A stretch of DNA of 64,000 nt. Source: Neoechinorhynchus agilis. Its lineage: Eukaryota > Animalia > Acanthocephala. The notes under the pieces were generated by a model. The model was not told where the DNA came from. It ran no database searches and saw only the letters and a program-made list of their open reading frames with translations. The stretch covers positions 1,736,001-1,800,000 of the forward strand of contig CM121341.1 of NCBI GenBank assembly GCA_051530055.1, given 5' to 3'. Both the position numbers and the translations under genes were made by a program. Below, one piece after another: positions 38,702 through 50,560 of the stretch; the stretch's first letter is position 1, and every line of letters starts with the position of its first letter.

Positions 38702-39578
38702 CTTGAAATGGTGATTGAAATGAGACCTATAAAGACTTGCCGATAACCTCTTTTTAAATAAAATCAATAGGAGCACATGGGATGATTATCGAACACTAAA
38801 TAAAACAACAAATTGTAAATTTTGTTTTTAGATCTATATGTTTTCACACTGTTTCAAACGTCCGGATCTTAGAGCGCAACGAAGATTTCCGGGTACATTT
38901 TCAGAGCTACTAAACGAAGCAGTTTCCCTTTCTGCTTCATCGCGATTTTTTTAAGCAAAAGGACTTGATAATGTTAACAAAGTTTCTCCGACCGCCGAAA
39001 GTACTAATTCACATCAATATAAAAAAAGAAATAGTTACATAAATAGGCATTCGTTCTTTTTTAAATCAAAGTTGGAAAAAATAAGGATCTCTTGTTAAGC
39101 AAAAGCAACGGGTTTGGTGGGTTAAGAAATCTAACAATTGTAGCACGTCCATAATCCACATAAAGGATATATATCGAATTGCGAGAAAATTTTAAGGGTT
39201 GTTGCAGTTTAAAATTTCTCAACTAGGTGCAATTTTATCGAAAAAGTCATTGGCACTGAAAATTATGGAATGAGAAATTTATTCTGGAATTTTTTTACAG
39301 TCGGCAATGAACCTAGTAGACGATTCCAACGTCTGATATGGCAACATTTCAACGGCGATAAAGTAAAAAGATAAAATATATTTGTAATATGTCTCGCTAT
39401 GTTCGAAAAGTATCAACATTATAGACGAATTTGAAATTTTACAATGGAAATTTATTGCTTCTAAATCATAAGGTTTAAATGAGGGTTTTTGTTGAGTTTT
39501 AAAACATAAAGTGAATTGGAGTTGTGGTGATCATAATGTTTAAAGATTGAATTATTCATGTTTTGATTAATTATTATA

Positions 39579-40092
39579 GATATTTCGGCACAATTTTGTG
39601 CCTTTACGAGGCATAACGACAGCCGAGGAATGAGAGAAGCTCCAATTTTTCGGGCGGTGGTGATTGTACGTTTTGTACTTTATTATTGTAAAAAATAATA
39701 TCTAACTGACTTAAGATTAATTTACAACCTCTTCGTGAAGGACGATCCCAAGCCCGGCTGAAAAAGGAGGAGGGTTGGCGTCAAGAAGGGCATCCGGCTG
39801 TGAAATTCTAGTCAAATTTTGACCCAAATGACAACCAACAACCGAATCAACACGCGACGAGCAAATTCTTCGCCCGGAGCTTGCGTAAAATCATCAATAA
39901 AGTTTCAAAGTGCGAAGCAGATCACATACTACTCAGCACTGAGAGACTCGGGAAATCGCCGACTAGGAAGGCCGAGGGAACGATGGTTAGATTGAACCAA
40001 ACAGGATAAATTGGTTGTTGAGAGAACCGCAACATCTCGAGAGAGAAATGCGTGAATGAGAAGATAAGGGCACAAAATTGTGCCGAAATATC
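39579..40092. mobile_element. MITE-like unit bounded by perfect 24-bp inverted repeats and containing an internally deleted RTE-like fragment
   Basis: GATATTTCGGCACAATTTTGTGCC (39579-39602) and its exact reverse complement (40069-40092). Inside are an RTE-like 5' motif CCCAAGCCCGG...GGAGGAGGGTTGG...AAGGGCATCCGG and RLGRPRERWLD* at 39960-39995. Confidence 0.6.
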
Positions 40093-41065
40093 GAATTAAT
40101 AATATACTTCAATTTTTTCTGTGACCATAATCCCGGATAGAAAAGGCTTCATTGAACTTTCATTTCGAATGATTTTCTCTTGATAATTAAAAAAAGTGAA
40201 TTAAGTATAGAAATTAAAGGTGAATATTTGTCACAATCAATTATGAATTTTTTCCCATTCACTCATAGACGAATATGGATATTGTTAAATAGCGATTTCT
40301 TGTTTTTGGAACGTCTGAAAGAAATACTTCTTATACAAACTGCTGATAGATTTTTCAAATATAAGATTTAGTTAAGCCCATAAGTATCGATATTCGGATG
40401 CCTTTAATCTTTGCTGAATATTTGAGTGGAGCATCCCAATTTCTGATTGATACACAAAAATTGTCTTTGTATTTCCAATGAAAAAACAAATTTAATTTGA
40501 GGCTTTCAAGAAAGGGCAGATAATAAACTTTTAGAACTGCGATTCGAAATATAGGACCCAAATATGTTCGAATGATACATTTTTTGATATTCTTCAAAGC
40601 AATCTTTGAGTTTCCTCGATTTCGGCAGATTTGAAAACCCATTTTACTCGAGCCGTCCTTATTTTTCCCAGTAATTCCCAAGGAAAATGATAAAACTTGA
40701 ATTTTGATGTCAAGCATAAAAAACCAAGAATAGAAGGGGTTATAAAAAAATAGCCTAAGATGAAATTATAATCGTGGCTTGCAAAGAAATCAAATTATGA
40801 AAAGCTTGAAAGTCCGACGTAAGCCATTGAAGGTAATAAAAATCGAAAAAGTTAATGGTTTATCCGTAAATGAATTATTACTTTGCACACTATGAAATCT
40901 ATGGCAGTCATAAAGCTTAATTTTAGCAAAAAGTAATTTCTCTGCCACTTTTATTCGGATTGAATTTTCATTATTAATATAAGCTAAATTGATTGGAGAA
41001 ACTCTTCTAAGCCATTCCGTATTCTTTTTTATAGCTTCGGAAATTCAGCTAAGCAACATATTTAT

Positions 41066-41430
41066 AATAATAAAACGTTTCATTAATGAACAAAGGAGAG
41101 GATCCATGTACCTTTGGGTCCTCTGTACCTTAGGGAATGAACCGCTGAGGTTCTAATATCGTTTGTTTTTTCTTTGATCTCATTATCTTTATTATTTGTT
41201 GATCTTTTCAGCTATTTTCTCGACACCACTTTAACTCGGATGAAACGTTAAGAATTCGTACATTCCTCCGGATCCTCAGATACCTCACCAGGAGGCGGGA
41301 CTCATCAGTGAGTTTCCTCCCTTCTGCGGTATTTCGTCCCCTTTGGCTGTGCGTCATTGGCAATCGTGGATTCGAACCCTTGACGTAAAAAAGCAAAGTT
41401 CCTCCGACCGCCGAAATTGCTAATGCTCAT
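41066..41430 (-). mobile_element. SINE-like element: B-box head, hammerhead ribozyme, LINE-derived 3' tail
   Basis: GGTTCGAATCC at 41378-41368; hammerhead core at 41340-41270; tail 41123-41066 homologous to LINE 3' ends at ~63.8 kb and ~25.7 kb. A partial head copy lies at ~38970-39015. Confidence 0.65.
41270..41340 (-). ncRNA. Hammerhead ribozyme, non-circularly permuted strand order
   Basis: GGGAC-GAAA-UACC ... CUCA-CUGAUGA-GUCCC ... GGUAUC-UGAG. The core is intact and stems I, II and III are all complementary. Confidence 0.75.
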
Positions 41431-42285
41431 TATCTTTTATTAACAGGAATAAGTTAATATTTTGTTTATGAATATTCAGTTTACATGATTGGGATAAAGG
41501 TGGCCTTATGAGGCCGATAAAATACCTTCGAATCGTTATTGTTAAATTCCGATAGTCTTTTGTTTAATATTATAGGTTTGTTTGATACAAATATCTTCCG
41601 ATTGGCAGGATTCACAAAAAAACACTTCTCAAAATCTCTTTACGTTTGGAAAAGTAAAAGAGCGTTTACTGCTGCTTGCATGATTTTCCAACAAAAAATC
41701 GCCTTCTCTCGTTATTGGTTCGCTATTTTTTCTGGAATATATTTTAAAGTTTGAGAAACAGGTCCAATGGATTCAAGTTGGTTGCGCTCATCCTTTTGCT
41801 TTGATGATAAAAACTATCGCTTTTAGAGAGCGGCTATTTATTCTTTTAGAAAAACCGCTATTTTCCCATTTTTTCCGAAACCAAACTCTTTATTGCTATC
41901 AAATAAAAACCTGTTTGTTTATATCGATTATTCTAGGATGTTCGAGCAACAGTTTGTCATCGTTTTTAAGTGTAGAGTTAACACGAAAATACAAGGAATG
42001 AAAATCAAAAGGTAATAAAGTCATTTGTTAAATTAAAATTTAAAAATTGGCGCTTATATATAGAAATGATACAAAGTTATCATCTTTGCGTTAACCTTGA
42101 AACCCATTTTATAATCTTCTACAATCTCAAGAACTGTCAAAAATGCACTAATAGTCCGACTCATGTCTTAGCCTCTTCGCAAACTTTGTCGGTGTTTTCA
42201 ACCACTTCAAAAAACTCGTACAACGTGTTCGTGTTCTTGTACACTCCATGTTCTCTTCGTCTTTAAAAACTTAGTTTCAGACACA

Positions 42286-43946
42286 ATGCATCTCATTCAA
42301 TTCGCAGTCGCCTTCCTTCTACATGCGGTAATATCTGATGATCCCAATAGAAAAATAACCAAATGCGAAGGTATAGTTTTAATCGTTTTCGATTGAAAGA
42401 TTTACTTTGATATTCAATTTAAACACAAGTATGTAAATTCCTGGCGGTCGAACTTGGTGAGAGTTTTGAAGAGTATAATTCGTCCGAACGGATGCGTCTC
42501 AGCTATTCAGTCGACGAGGATGTTCAACGATCCGTTGATTATCGAACGTCGTAAGCATCATTGGTGAATGAATTCTGTTCTGTACATAAAATATTAGCGA
42601 AACACGATTGGTGGAAGTTCTTGAGAATGTCTGTAAAAGAATGTTGCAGTATAACGTCCATGCTGAACGCCTTGGGAGCAACAGGTACGCTAAAGGACGA
42701 TCTCAAACCATGTCTGCGTTATGGGGTCTTCGAAACCGTGGTGTTAATGTTGTAATGGACGTCCCTAACGATTTGTGGGATCATCCATCTGCCGAGATCT
42801 CAGAATTGGAGAAACAGGTATGTACAAGCCTTATTCTTTTTCAAATTTCAACTCTTATCCACATTGGACGTAGCTTGGCTTTTTTGCATTTAATTTATAC
42901 AATTCCTTTTGTCTTTTCGTGAACGAAATAAACTTAGTCGACACATTTTAGTGATTTGTCTATTTAAATTTGAGTGCAGTAAAATATACTTTCAGACGCT
43001 TGAATGGATTTATAATTGCTAATCGATAACCATATTTTAAGATGACGTAGCATATCAAATAGAGTAAATATTGCTGGCGCATTTAAAAGCTGAGAAATTA
43101 TGCGTTTCTGTGATTTAGTTGTCCTCGAATTGGAAGAAGATGTCAAAGTCTTTTAAAATCGAAACCGATCTACGTTGCATAAAAATTCGGAATATTAAGT
43201 TGCCCATATTAAATTCAGATGAAGTGAAGAAAGTGCATTTTATCCAGGTTCCTTTCGATTCTCCTGGTCGAAAGCAGAACTTGGTTTACCGATTAATGGT
43301 TATTTCTTGGTTTTTGGAAGTTTGTTTTCCTAATCGAATTTCTTAATTGGGATTTGAATATAATAATTTAATAAATTAACTCTAATCTTTTCGGCGATGT
43401 TTAGTGTAATCTAATGTTAGAAACAGTGGAAGATCGTATTGAAAACTGGTATAAGGAACACCAGGCAGTACCAATAGTAAAATATTTATGCGAAGATTAT
43501 GTTCTTTTAAACGATAATTCAAGTAAGTCTACAATTCCAATGCGATTAAATATTTTAAATATCAACAAGGTTGTCTTAACGAAACTTTTGTACCAGAGGA
43601 AAAGGACAATAATACTGAGGAAGTGGAAACAAACGCTGAGTTAAATTTAGGAAAAATTAAGGATACATCTACTGAAATTAAGGATGAAGATACAACCGAG
43701 GACGAAACTGTAGAAAACAAACAAGATAATGGACAACCTGGCGTAGTAAACCATGAGGAGGAAGATAACCACGAGGAGTTTATTCCGAATGAAACTTACG
43801 ATAGAAAGCAAGAACCTCCCATTGAATTCGTATCATCAAAAATTAGCGACGACAGCAATGATTTATTTGACGATGCTGATGAAGATCTGGACTTTGCAGA
43901 CGATGATGAAGATGATGATGAGCTACCGATCCATGGAGAACTTTAA
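42286..43946 (+). CDS. Protein canopy homolog (CNPY3/4-like, saposin-like DUF3456), ER-resident, multi-exon
   Basis: Spliced reading gives MHLIQFAVAFLLHAVIS...KCEVCKFLAVEL...SETRLVEVLENVC...RYAKGRSQT...LWDHPSAE, then an acidic tail ending in HGEL (KDEL-like). Confidence 0.88.
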
Positions 43947-44457
43947 AGAACATTTTTTACTAATAGGCGATCGAGAGGGAAAATATTGTAAGCCATCGAA
44001 TGATTTTTTCATTTTTATTATTTGGGTTCCTCACTTTTTTTAACTAGATCCGCAAATAGTAACACAACAGAGTGAGATATTCTGCACAAATAGTTCATGT
44101 CATTATTTGTAAGAACCCATATCGTTCAGACGTTGTAGTATGACTGCCATGTATTAAACAAGATGTACTAACTTAAGTTTCTTTACTGCCAGAGAAGTAA
44201 AAAGCGTTGCTTGAAATTTATTAGTCTAATTTTCAACATTAAGATGTTGAAATATGCTTCCGAGACAATTAATCCAGTTGGTACTCAAAGACTTATGGAT
44301 AAAAAAGCTGAAATTTAAAATAATTTTTCGGATTTAAATTTAAGTGAAGAATAATAACAGAAATTCCAGTGGTTCTTCGTTTAGGTACCGATCCTTTACA
44401 TATCGACAGTTTATCTCCTTCGCTAAAATCAATGAAACCTTTATTGGACGAGATCAT

Positions 44458-45184
44458 TTAAACAAATATTATCGCCTTTCCAGTTTTTCGTTCAATAATC
44501 TTCTCGAAGAATTCCTTACTCAAAAAACCATCATTGTCGCCACTTGTAAGAACCACATTGTTTTCCGATAAAAAGAACTTTAGACTTCCGGTAGTCACGG
44601 CCTTTACTACGTTAACGAAAATCAATATTTGGCATGAATTTCTGATTCCTGGGATAGACTGTTTAAGATCCATAACCGGTGTAAGCATCAAAAGATGAAT
44701 ATGATTTCTACTCATTCTGGAAAGACCTCGTTCCAATATGGAGGGCAAATTTTTATAATAGGTGCCGTGAACGATGGTTGAATATTTTGTTATATCTTCA
44801 ATAGGGCGTAGAAGGTTCAGATCTTCGATTACGCCGCTTATTGAATGTCCTTGATTGGCTCTGATCATATCTAACAACGAGTATCACTTTATTCGATTAA
44901 TCAGAACAGTAATTTTCGTCGTATTATGCAACTTCAGCCCTTTCAGCTGGATTTCCGTTATGATCAATCAAAGAAAATCGGGATTTCGTGTCGTTCATGA
45001 CGATCGAAAAGAGTTCGTCAGTTGTCCAATTTGGAAAATTTTTTAAGTGTAGAATGTCCGAGACTCTAACAAAGCCTGCCTTGTTCATTTCCAGCGAAGA
45101 TTTTATGGCTTCATGTCTTAACAGTCGACTAAGAGCCTTTGAACGTTTAACTCTTGATTTACTAGGTTTGAGATCTGATGACAT
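44458..45184 (-). CDS. TRPT1: tRNA 2'-phosphotransferase 1 (Tpt1/KptA family), two exons
   Basis: SKALSRLLRH, IRANQGHS, VHGTY, GLSRMSRNHIH and SENNVVLT are family motifs. The splice junction is unresolved. Confidence 0.9.
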
Positions 45185-46080
45185 CTTTAAAATAATCGTA
45201 GTATATCACGGCTTTAAAGAAAATAAGATATAAATAAGGCGGACATCGTACAAATTGGTAAATAGATTATAGCTTTGAGAAAGTAATTGAAAAGGACTTT
45301 TAAAGAAAAACACGTATTTCATGGAGTAATAAAGATTCGAAAAAACTGAAACGAATATGAACTTCTATATAATTAGGGTTCTTAAGTACCTTCAATATCG
45401 ACCATTAACAAAGTTTCTATACCGACTTATCAGATTTTGCCGCTGCCAAGTGCTATGTGAGATTATAAAAAAGACAAATACTATCTTGGGTTTGAGTTAT
45501 AATGGGACAGCCGAAGCGTCAATTTTATCTGGATTGCTGTCCTGCTCAACAATTGTTGCTAGAAGAGAATCGAAGACCTTGCAGCGAAAAAAACGAAGGT
45601 GTACAATGGTACAGAGGTCAGATAAGTTATTATTTTCAACAATAAAGATAAAATTATGCAATTATACTTTAGTTCTTTTTAACCACCTCCCACCACATGT
45701 TAGGAAGTTTGATATCGGGGTTTGGGTTTCTTTTTGAAACAATATCGCATCCGAATAGTATCAGGCAAAAATTAATTCGGATAAACGACGTTTTACTGCA
45801 TTATAAAATCTATTAAATAACAATAAATTTAAATTTAAAATGTTGAAATCTATAGTTGGCACACTTTTAAGGTTTCACTATCGATCGGTGTAATAATCGA
45901 CTTAATGATTTAGTTACAAATTAGCGTTTCTCTCGAAAAGTGAGTGTCAAATTTAAAAATGATGATTTGTTTGATACGATGAAATTATTATTTGAAATTT
46001 TGCTAAATCGATTTACAGGCAGAAATACGCAATTGTAATTTTACTGAAAAAACAGGAAAATTTAAGTGAACTATTTGATC

Positions 46081-48268
46081 CTTATGTCAAAAAAGGTGCT
46101 GTGCGTAGCCTATACAGCAGTTTTGGAATAAAGAGGGTATTCGTGATCAGAAACAGAACCTCGTGGGAGGATAATTCATCAACTCGTTCACACAGCACCG
46201 AAAGTTGCAGTTGAAGATTGGCAATTTCTGCTTCGGCATTAGAACCAAAAATGCAGCTTTCTAGAATACTCAATCGGTTTAGAGTGATCAATTCAATCCC
46301 GGGGGCCAGGTGCTGAAAATCTTTCACGGTAGTTTGCTTGGACGCCTCATCTTCCACGTTCATCACTAAAATCTCGTATCTCGCAGCGTTCAATTTAATG
46401 CCAAATTTCGCCGTCTCCTACACGAGTGTCTCCAAATCGCGCACTACAACAGAGGGGTCACCTCCGAGCGTGGCATCGTCCAGGTAGCAGCCGTAAAAGC
46501 TGGACTGGAGAGAGTGCGCGACGGGATTGACTACGAGTGAGAAGGATATGGGCCCAAAGGATCCCCTTGTTGAACTCCTCTTTCTGACCACAAAACGCGG
46601 TTATTGAACAACAAGGGAGTTGAACTCCCATTAGGCATTAACGAAATAGCGAAATGCTTCTCGCGCGTGATCTTTAACTACTTTGAGCAAATCTGCTCGG
46701 TGAACTGTGTTGAATGCATTTTTGAAATAGCATTTCAAGACCACGCATGGCTTTGAGTTTCCGGTGATGAACGAGCGGAGTGAATGAACAATCGCCTCTG
46801 CGCCACAAGGTGTACAGCAGCCAAACTGAGTAGGGCGAAGCAGCATTCCTAGTTCATCCGCGATCCTTTTATTTAAATGTTTTGCTCTTAAGCGGCGCAG
46901 AGTTGTTCCAATTGCAATGGGACGAATCCCACCTTCCTTTTTCGCAAGGGCACACAAAGATCCGCCGAAAAATTACTCAACTGCTTTCGGAATCAACTCT
47001 CTCCCTGCAAATTAGTCGACTAGGCGTAAGCCTGTGAGCTGATTCGTTAGCAAACGAGGAGATTGCCATCTTCAATTCTGATTTCGATGATAAAACATAA
47101 GGGATCGCATCGAAGGAGTAGGAATTAACGAAAAACTGCCGACCGCCGTCACCCGGATGTTTGGAACGAAGAGTTCGTAAAGTTTCTTCGTTATATTTGG
47201 CGAGACTGTCCATTGATGATAAAAGACGAACTGCCCTCTGACATCTCCGCCTGCGGGCTTCGAAGAAAGGCGTCCAGCCAGCGACCGATTTGAGTTTCGG
47301 CGCTGGTCAGGCTCCTAGACACACTCCCTACGTAACTCGCATGCTGTCGAAAGGCATTGAGTAAAATTTTCGTCAAAGGACTATTCGCTCTTTTATTTTT
47401 GTGGTTACAGATCCCTGAGAAACATCACCAGCGGAAAACACACGCCTAGGGAACGCAGAGACGCACCCACGACAACTCTGACTTAGTTTCGGTGCAGTCT
47501 GCCGATAGATAGGTGAATCTCTTTGCGGCCTGATATCAGGCGTCTCTTGGGATTCGTTTCAAAACGTTCCTGGGTAGAACGTGCACAATATTTCCTACAA
47601 ATGGAATTTCATTTCGTACTGGTGATACCGGTACTCGTAAATGGTTGCAAACAATCAGTTTGGGACTCACCCCTGGTAGCGAGAATTCATAACTCTTTAA
47701 TTTCAGATTCTCGTGACCTGGTGAACCGAACTCACATGGCGGCAGTCTACTAGAGAATCAGGTGCTTGGCTCAATGCTATCCCAATCGCTTCTGTGGGTA
47801 GGCGGAAGGTACTCACGACACGCCGAAGTGAACGCAATTCTTAACCGTGCCCTGAATACTGTGAATGCGCCCAACAACCTAGAGCCGAGCAATTTTTGCC
47901 GAATCGATGGCCGTAGACCAGTGTCACAGTATTTCCGCGGCGAAAGGAGGCAAATGCCTTTTTTGGGATGTCATTCGCAGCCAGCAACACAAAATTCGCG
48001 GCTGTTAAACAGTAGAGGGAGCAAAAACCGCCGCTGAGGAAAGCAAAAAGGCAAAATACCGGGGCCTAAGTCGAAATCATTATTTTGTTCCCGTTGGCGA
48101 GCAATTGTCGTAGAGATTGAGACGAATCACTGGCGATCAGAGGACATTCCTCCTATAAAACATAAACCTGGCTGTGCAACGAGAGGGAACGCTGTATCCG
48201 TCATTTCGACCGTTACACCAGGACGGCAACTGAGTGATCCAGAGCGGCGGTGCTGTGGATTTTGGTAA
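46081..48268. mobile_element. 5'-inverted CRE-type non-LTR retrotransposon: N-terminus and RT on - (~47645-46081), post-RT and RLE on + (~47645-48268)
   Basis: GGIRPIAIGTTLRRL, FKNAFN, GVQQGDPLG and YLDD on the - strand. QSVWDSP, SGAWLNAIP, RHAEVN...DGRRP and GNAVSV on the + strand. Confidence 0.9.
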
Positions 48269-49000
48269 GATTTGATCAAGAAAATTGTATTTAAAAATCC
48301 TTTTAACTATTTGATTTTTTAAGATGGAACCAACCGCATAAATGACCCATTTTCGTTTTCTAAAGTGGAAACAGTTGTAATGACAAAATGTATATTTTCG
48401 AGCTTTGGTCGTCTTACGGCGTCTTTAGGAATTGTTAAAGTATCGAGAAAGAATAAAGAAAGCTGTGTAGGTTTTTAGCAATGAAAGTTCGTTGAAGCGC
48501 GGCGCTTTTCCGAAAACGAAACGTGTCATTTTTTGGCATATTTGACTTTTTATTGAGGATTGTCAAGTCGAATGAATAAAACGAAGATTGTCCGTAAAAT
48601 AGTAACATATCTAGCAACCCAAATGCAATCCTCAATAAAAGTTCAAATATTCCAAACCCAAGAATAAAGTAAAAATGACACGTTTCTTTTTCGAAAAAGC
48701 GCCACGAAATAATTTTTGAGATTTCTTGCTTTCGTAGGGCATTCCACTGATCCATTTGGGACATTTAAAACGACAAGTATCCGTTTCATGCGTCCATAGC
48801 TTCTAGCAAAAGCATCCACATTCTTCGGTAATGAAAAACAAACACGAGAGAACTGTTTGTCTGTTGCGGAAAATCTGCGGATTAAACAGAGATTGCACCT
48901 TGGCGAAAACAATCGAATTTAGCCGAAATTTCTTATATTTTTAATCCATAAACAAAGATCAGAATCATACCGAGAGAAAATCCAAATCGGGAAATTCACG

Positions 49001-49119
49001 ATACTCACCCGGTTACAAGTCATTTTATAAAAACTTACCAGCAATGATTGATAAGACGATGTTTCCTCTTTTTCGAAATATTTCTCCACAAATAAAATGA
49101 TTTTTTGCCGGGCGAGTAT
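49001..49119. repeat. Foldback/MITE family copy
   Basis: ATACTCACCCGGTTACAAGTCATTTTAT pairs imperfectly with ATAAAATGATTTTTTGCCGGGCGAGTAT. The internal motif GTTTCCTCTTT(TT)CGAAATATTTC is shared with the 51.4-51.6 kb and 52.9 kb copies. Confidence 0.55.
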
Positions 49120-49378
49120 ATTCACCAAAACAGAATAATTCAACCTTCAAACCGCGCTTTGGTATCCCCCAAAAAACATACAAGCAATTGCGTTTTTTTC
49201 AGGACCCTGAATAAGAAAACTCCGAAATATCGGTCCAAAATGAATACATTTGTTTCAACCGCGGAAATTGCTTAAATAACAACAATTGAAACGACAACAT
49301 TTGGTTGAGAAATCAGTCGACAATCCAGCAACTTGTATCCATGAGTGCTAGGGTTATTCCGCCTTCGTGTAATCTCAG

Positions 49379-50560
49379 ATGACCCGGCACTCAAAGAATG
49401 CCACGGCGAATGCGGTCTACACCTTCTATGAACGTTCCAGGGATACCAAGGCTGGGAAATACGGAACTCAGAAAACCCGGCTCGGCAAGGATTCCATTCA
49501 ACCGTTTGATTGTTGCAGTTTATCGCTGCAACCATGCAAACAACCGGTGATAACACCGGATGGGTACCTTTTCGACAAAGAAGTTATTCTTCAATACGTT
49601 TTCCAGAAAAAAATGGAATATAAGAGGTCATTAGCAGAATACAAAGCCGGAAAATTGGTGGAGAAATCTTTGAAGAGAAAACCGGACTTGTCCGATGATT
49701 TCATGCGAAAAAAGTCTAAGAGTGAAAAGTCCGTAGGGATGAGATACTTTATTAGTTTACTGAGGGCGGAGGAAATTCTGAAATTAAGTATTTTCATTCA
49801 TATCGAATATGAGCGAAGAATCGGCTAACAAACTTTCCAGCTTTTGGATTCCTCAACTCACGCCTTCGTCTCAATCGGCGGCTACTAATAAACCATCGAA
49901 GACAATCTTGTGCCCTGTTAGCGGACGACCATTTGATTATAAAAACTTGATTCCTGTAAAATTCAAAAACTCGGAATGTGAAAAGGTATGGATTTAGTTT
50001 TTCGAAGCCAAATGGATTGCATCTTTAAATCTTTAGGATAAGTTTGTCTGTGCTGTTTCTGGAGACACTCTGACAAATTCCATCCCTTGTGCAGTACTGA
50101 GACCTACGTTAGTAAAGAGATTTAAATTTAGAACTAGCATTTTAATTTTAAACGGGGAAAATACTAGTCTATATTAAAAATATTCCTTCGTTGCAATAAA
50201 TTAGGTTAATTCATTTATCATGTATTTTCGGCTATGATTTCTTTTTGTAAACCTTTGTGATATCCGTGATCAAAAGCATTCACACCGAATTAAAAGTTGT
50301 TCAAAATCTTTGTGAATCCACTAAAACGACTAACAATTTAGAGGCGCTGTCGTAACAATGAAGGTAGTTGAAATCATCAAAAAGGACATGATCGATCCTA
50401 TAAGTAGCGTGAGTCTCACCGATGACGATATAATCCCGATAGCGAGGGTACGTACAATTGAACCAATTCTGAACCTTGCCGTTTTCTTTAGGTCGGAACC
50501 GGATTTACTGCTGGAGGTGGTAAGTTAAACGCTCAAAAATACACTCCGGTGATGGATTAA
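49379..50560 (+). CDS. NOSIP: Nitric oxide synthase-interacting protein, multi-exon
   Basis: MTRHSKNATANAVYTFYER...GTQKTRLGKDSIQPFDCCSLSLQPC...TPDGYLFDKEVIL, SFWIPQLTP, CPVSGRP, CAVSGDTLTNSIPCAVLRPT, GTGFTAGG. Confidence 0.95.

Noticed and set aside
38915-38945. GAAGCAG/CTGCTTC hairpin as a ribozyme
   Set aside because: A simple 7-bp hairpin without a complete hammerhead core.
44884-44886. Selenocysteine at the in-frame TGA of TRPT1
   Set aside because: Not a conserved Cys position in this family, and I found no SECIS-like element.
49733-49813. Ultra-short 23- and 26-nt introns in NOSIP
   Set aside because: They keep the frame, but a single 67-nt GT-AG intron also does. This cannot be decided without cDNA.
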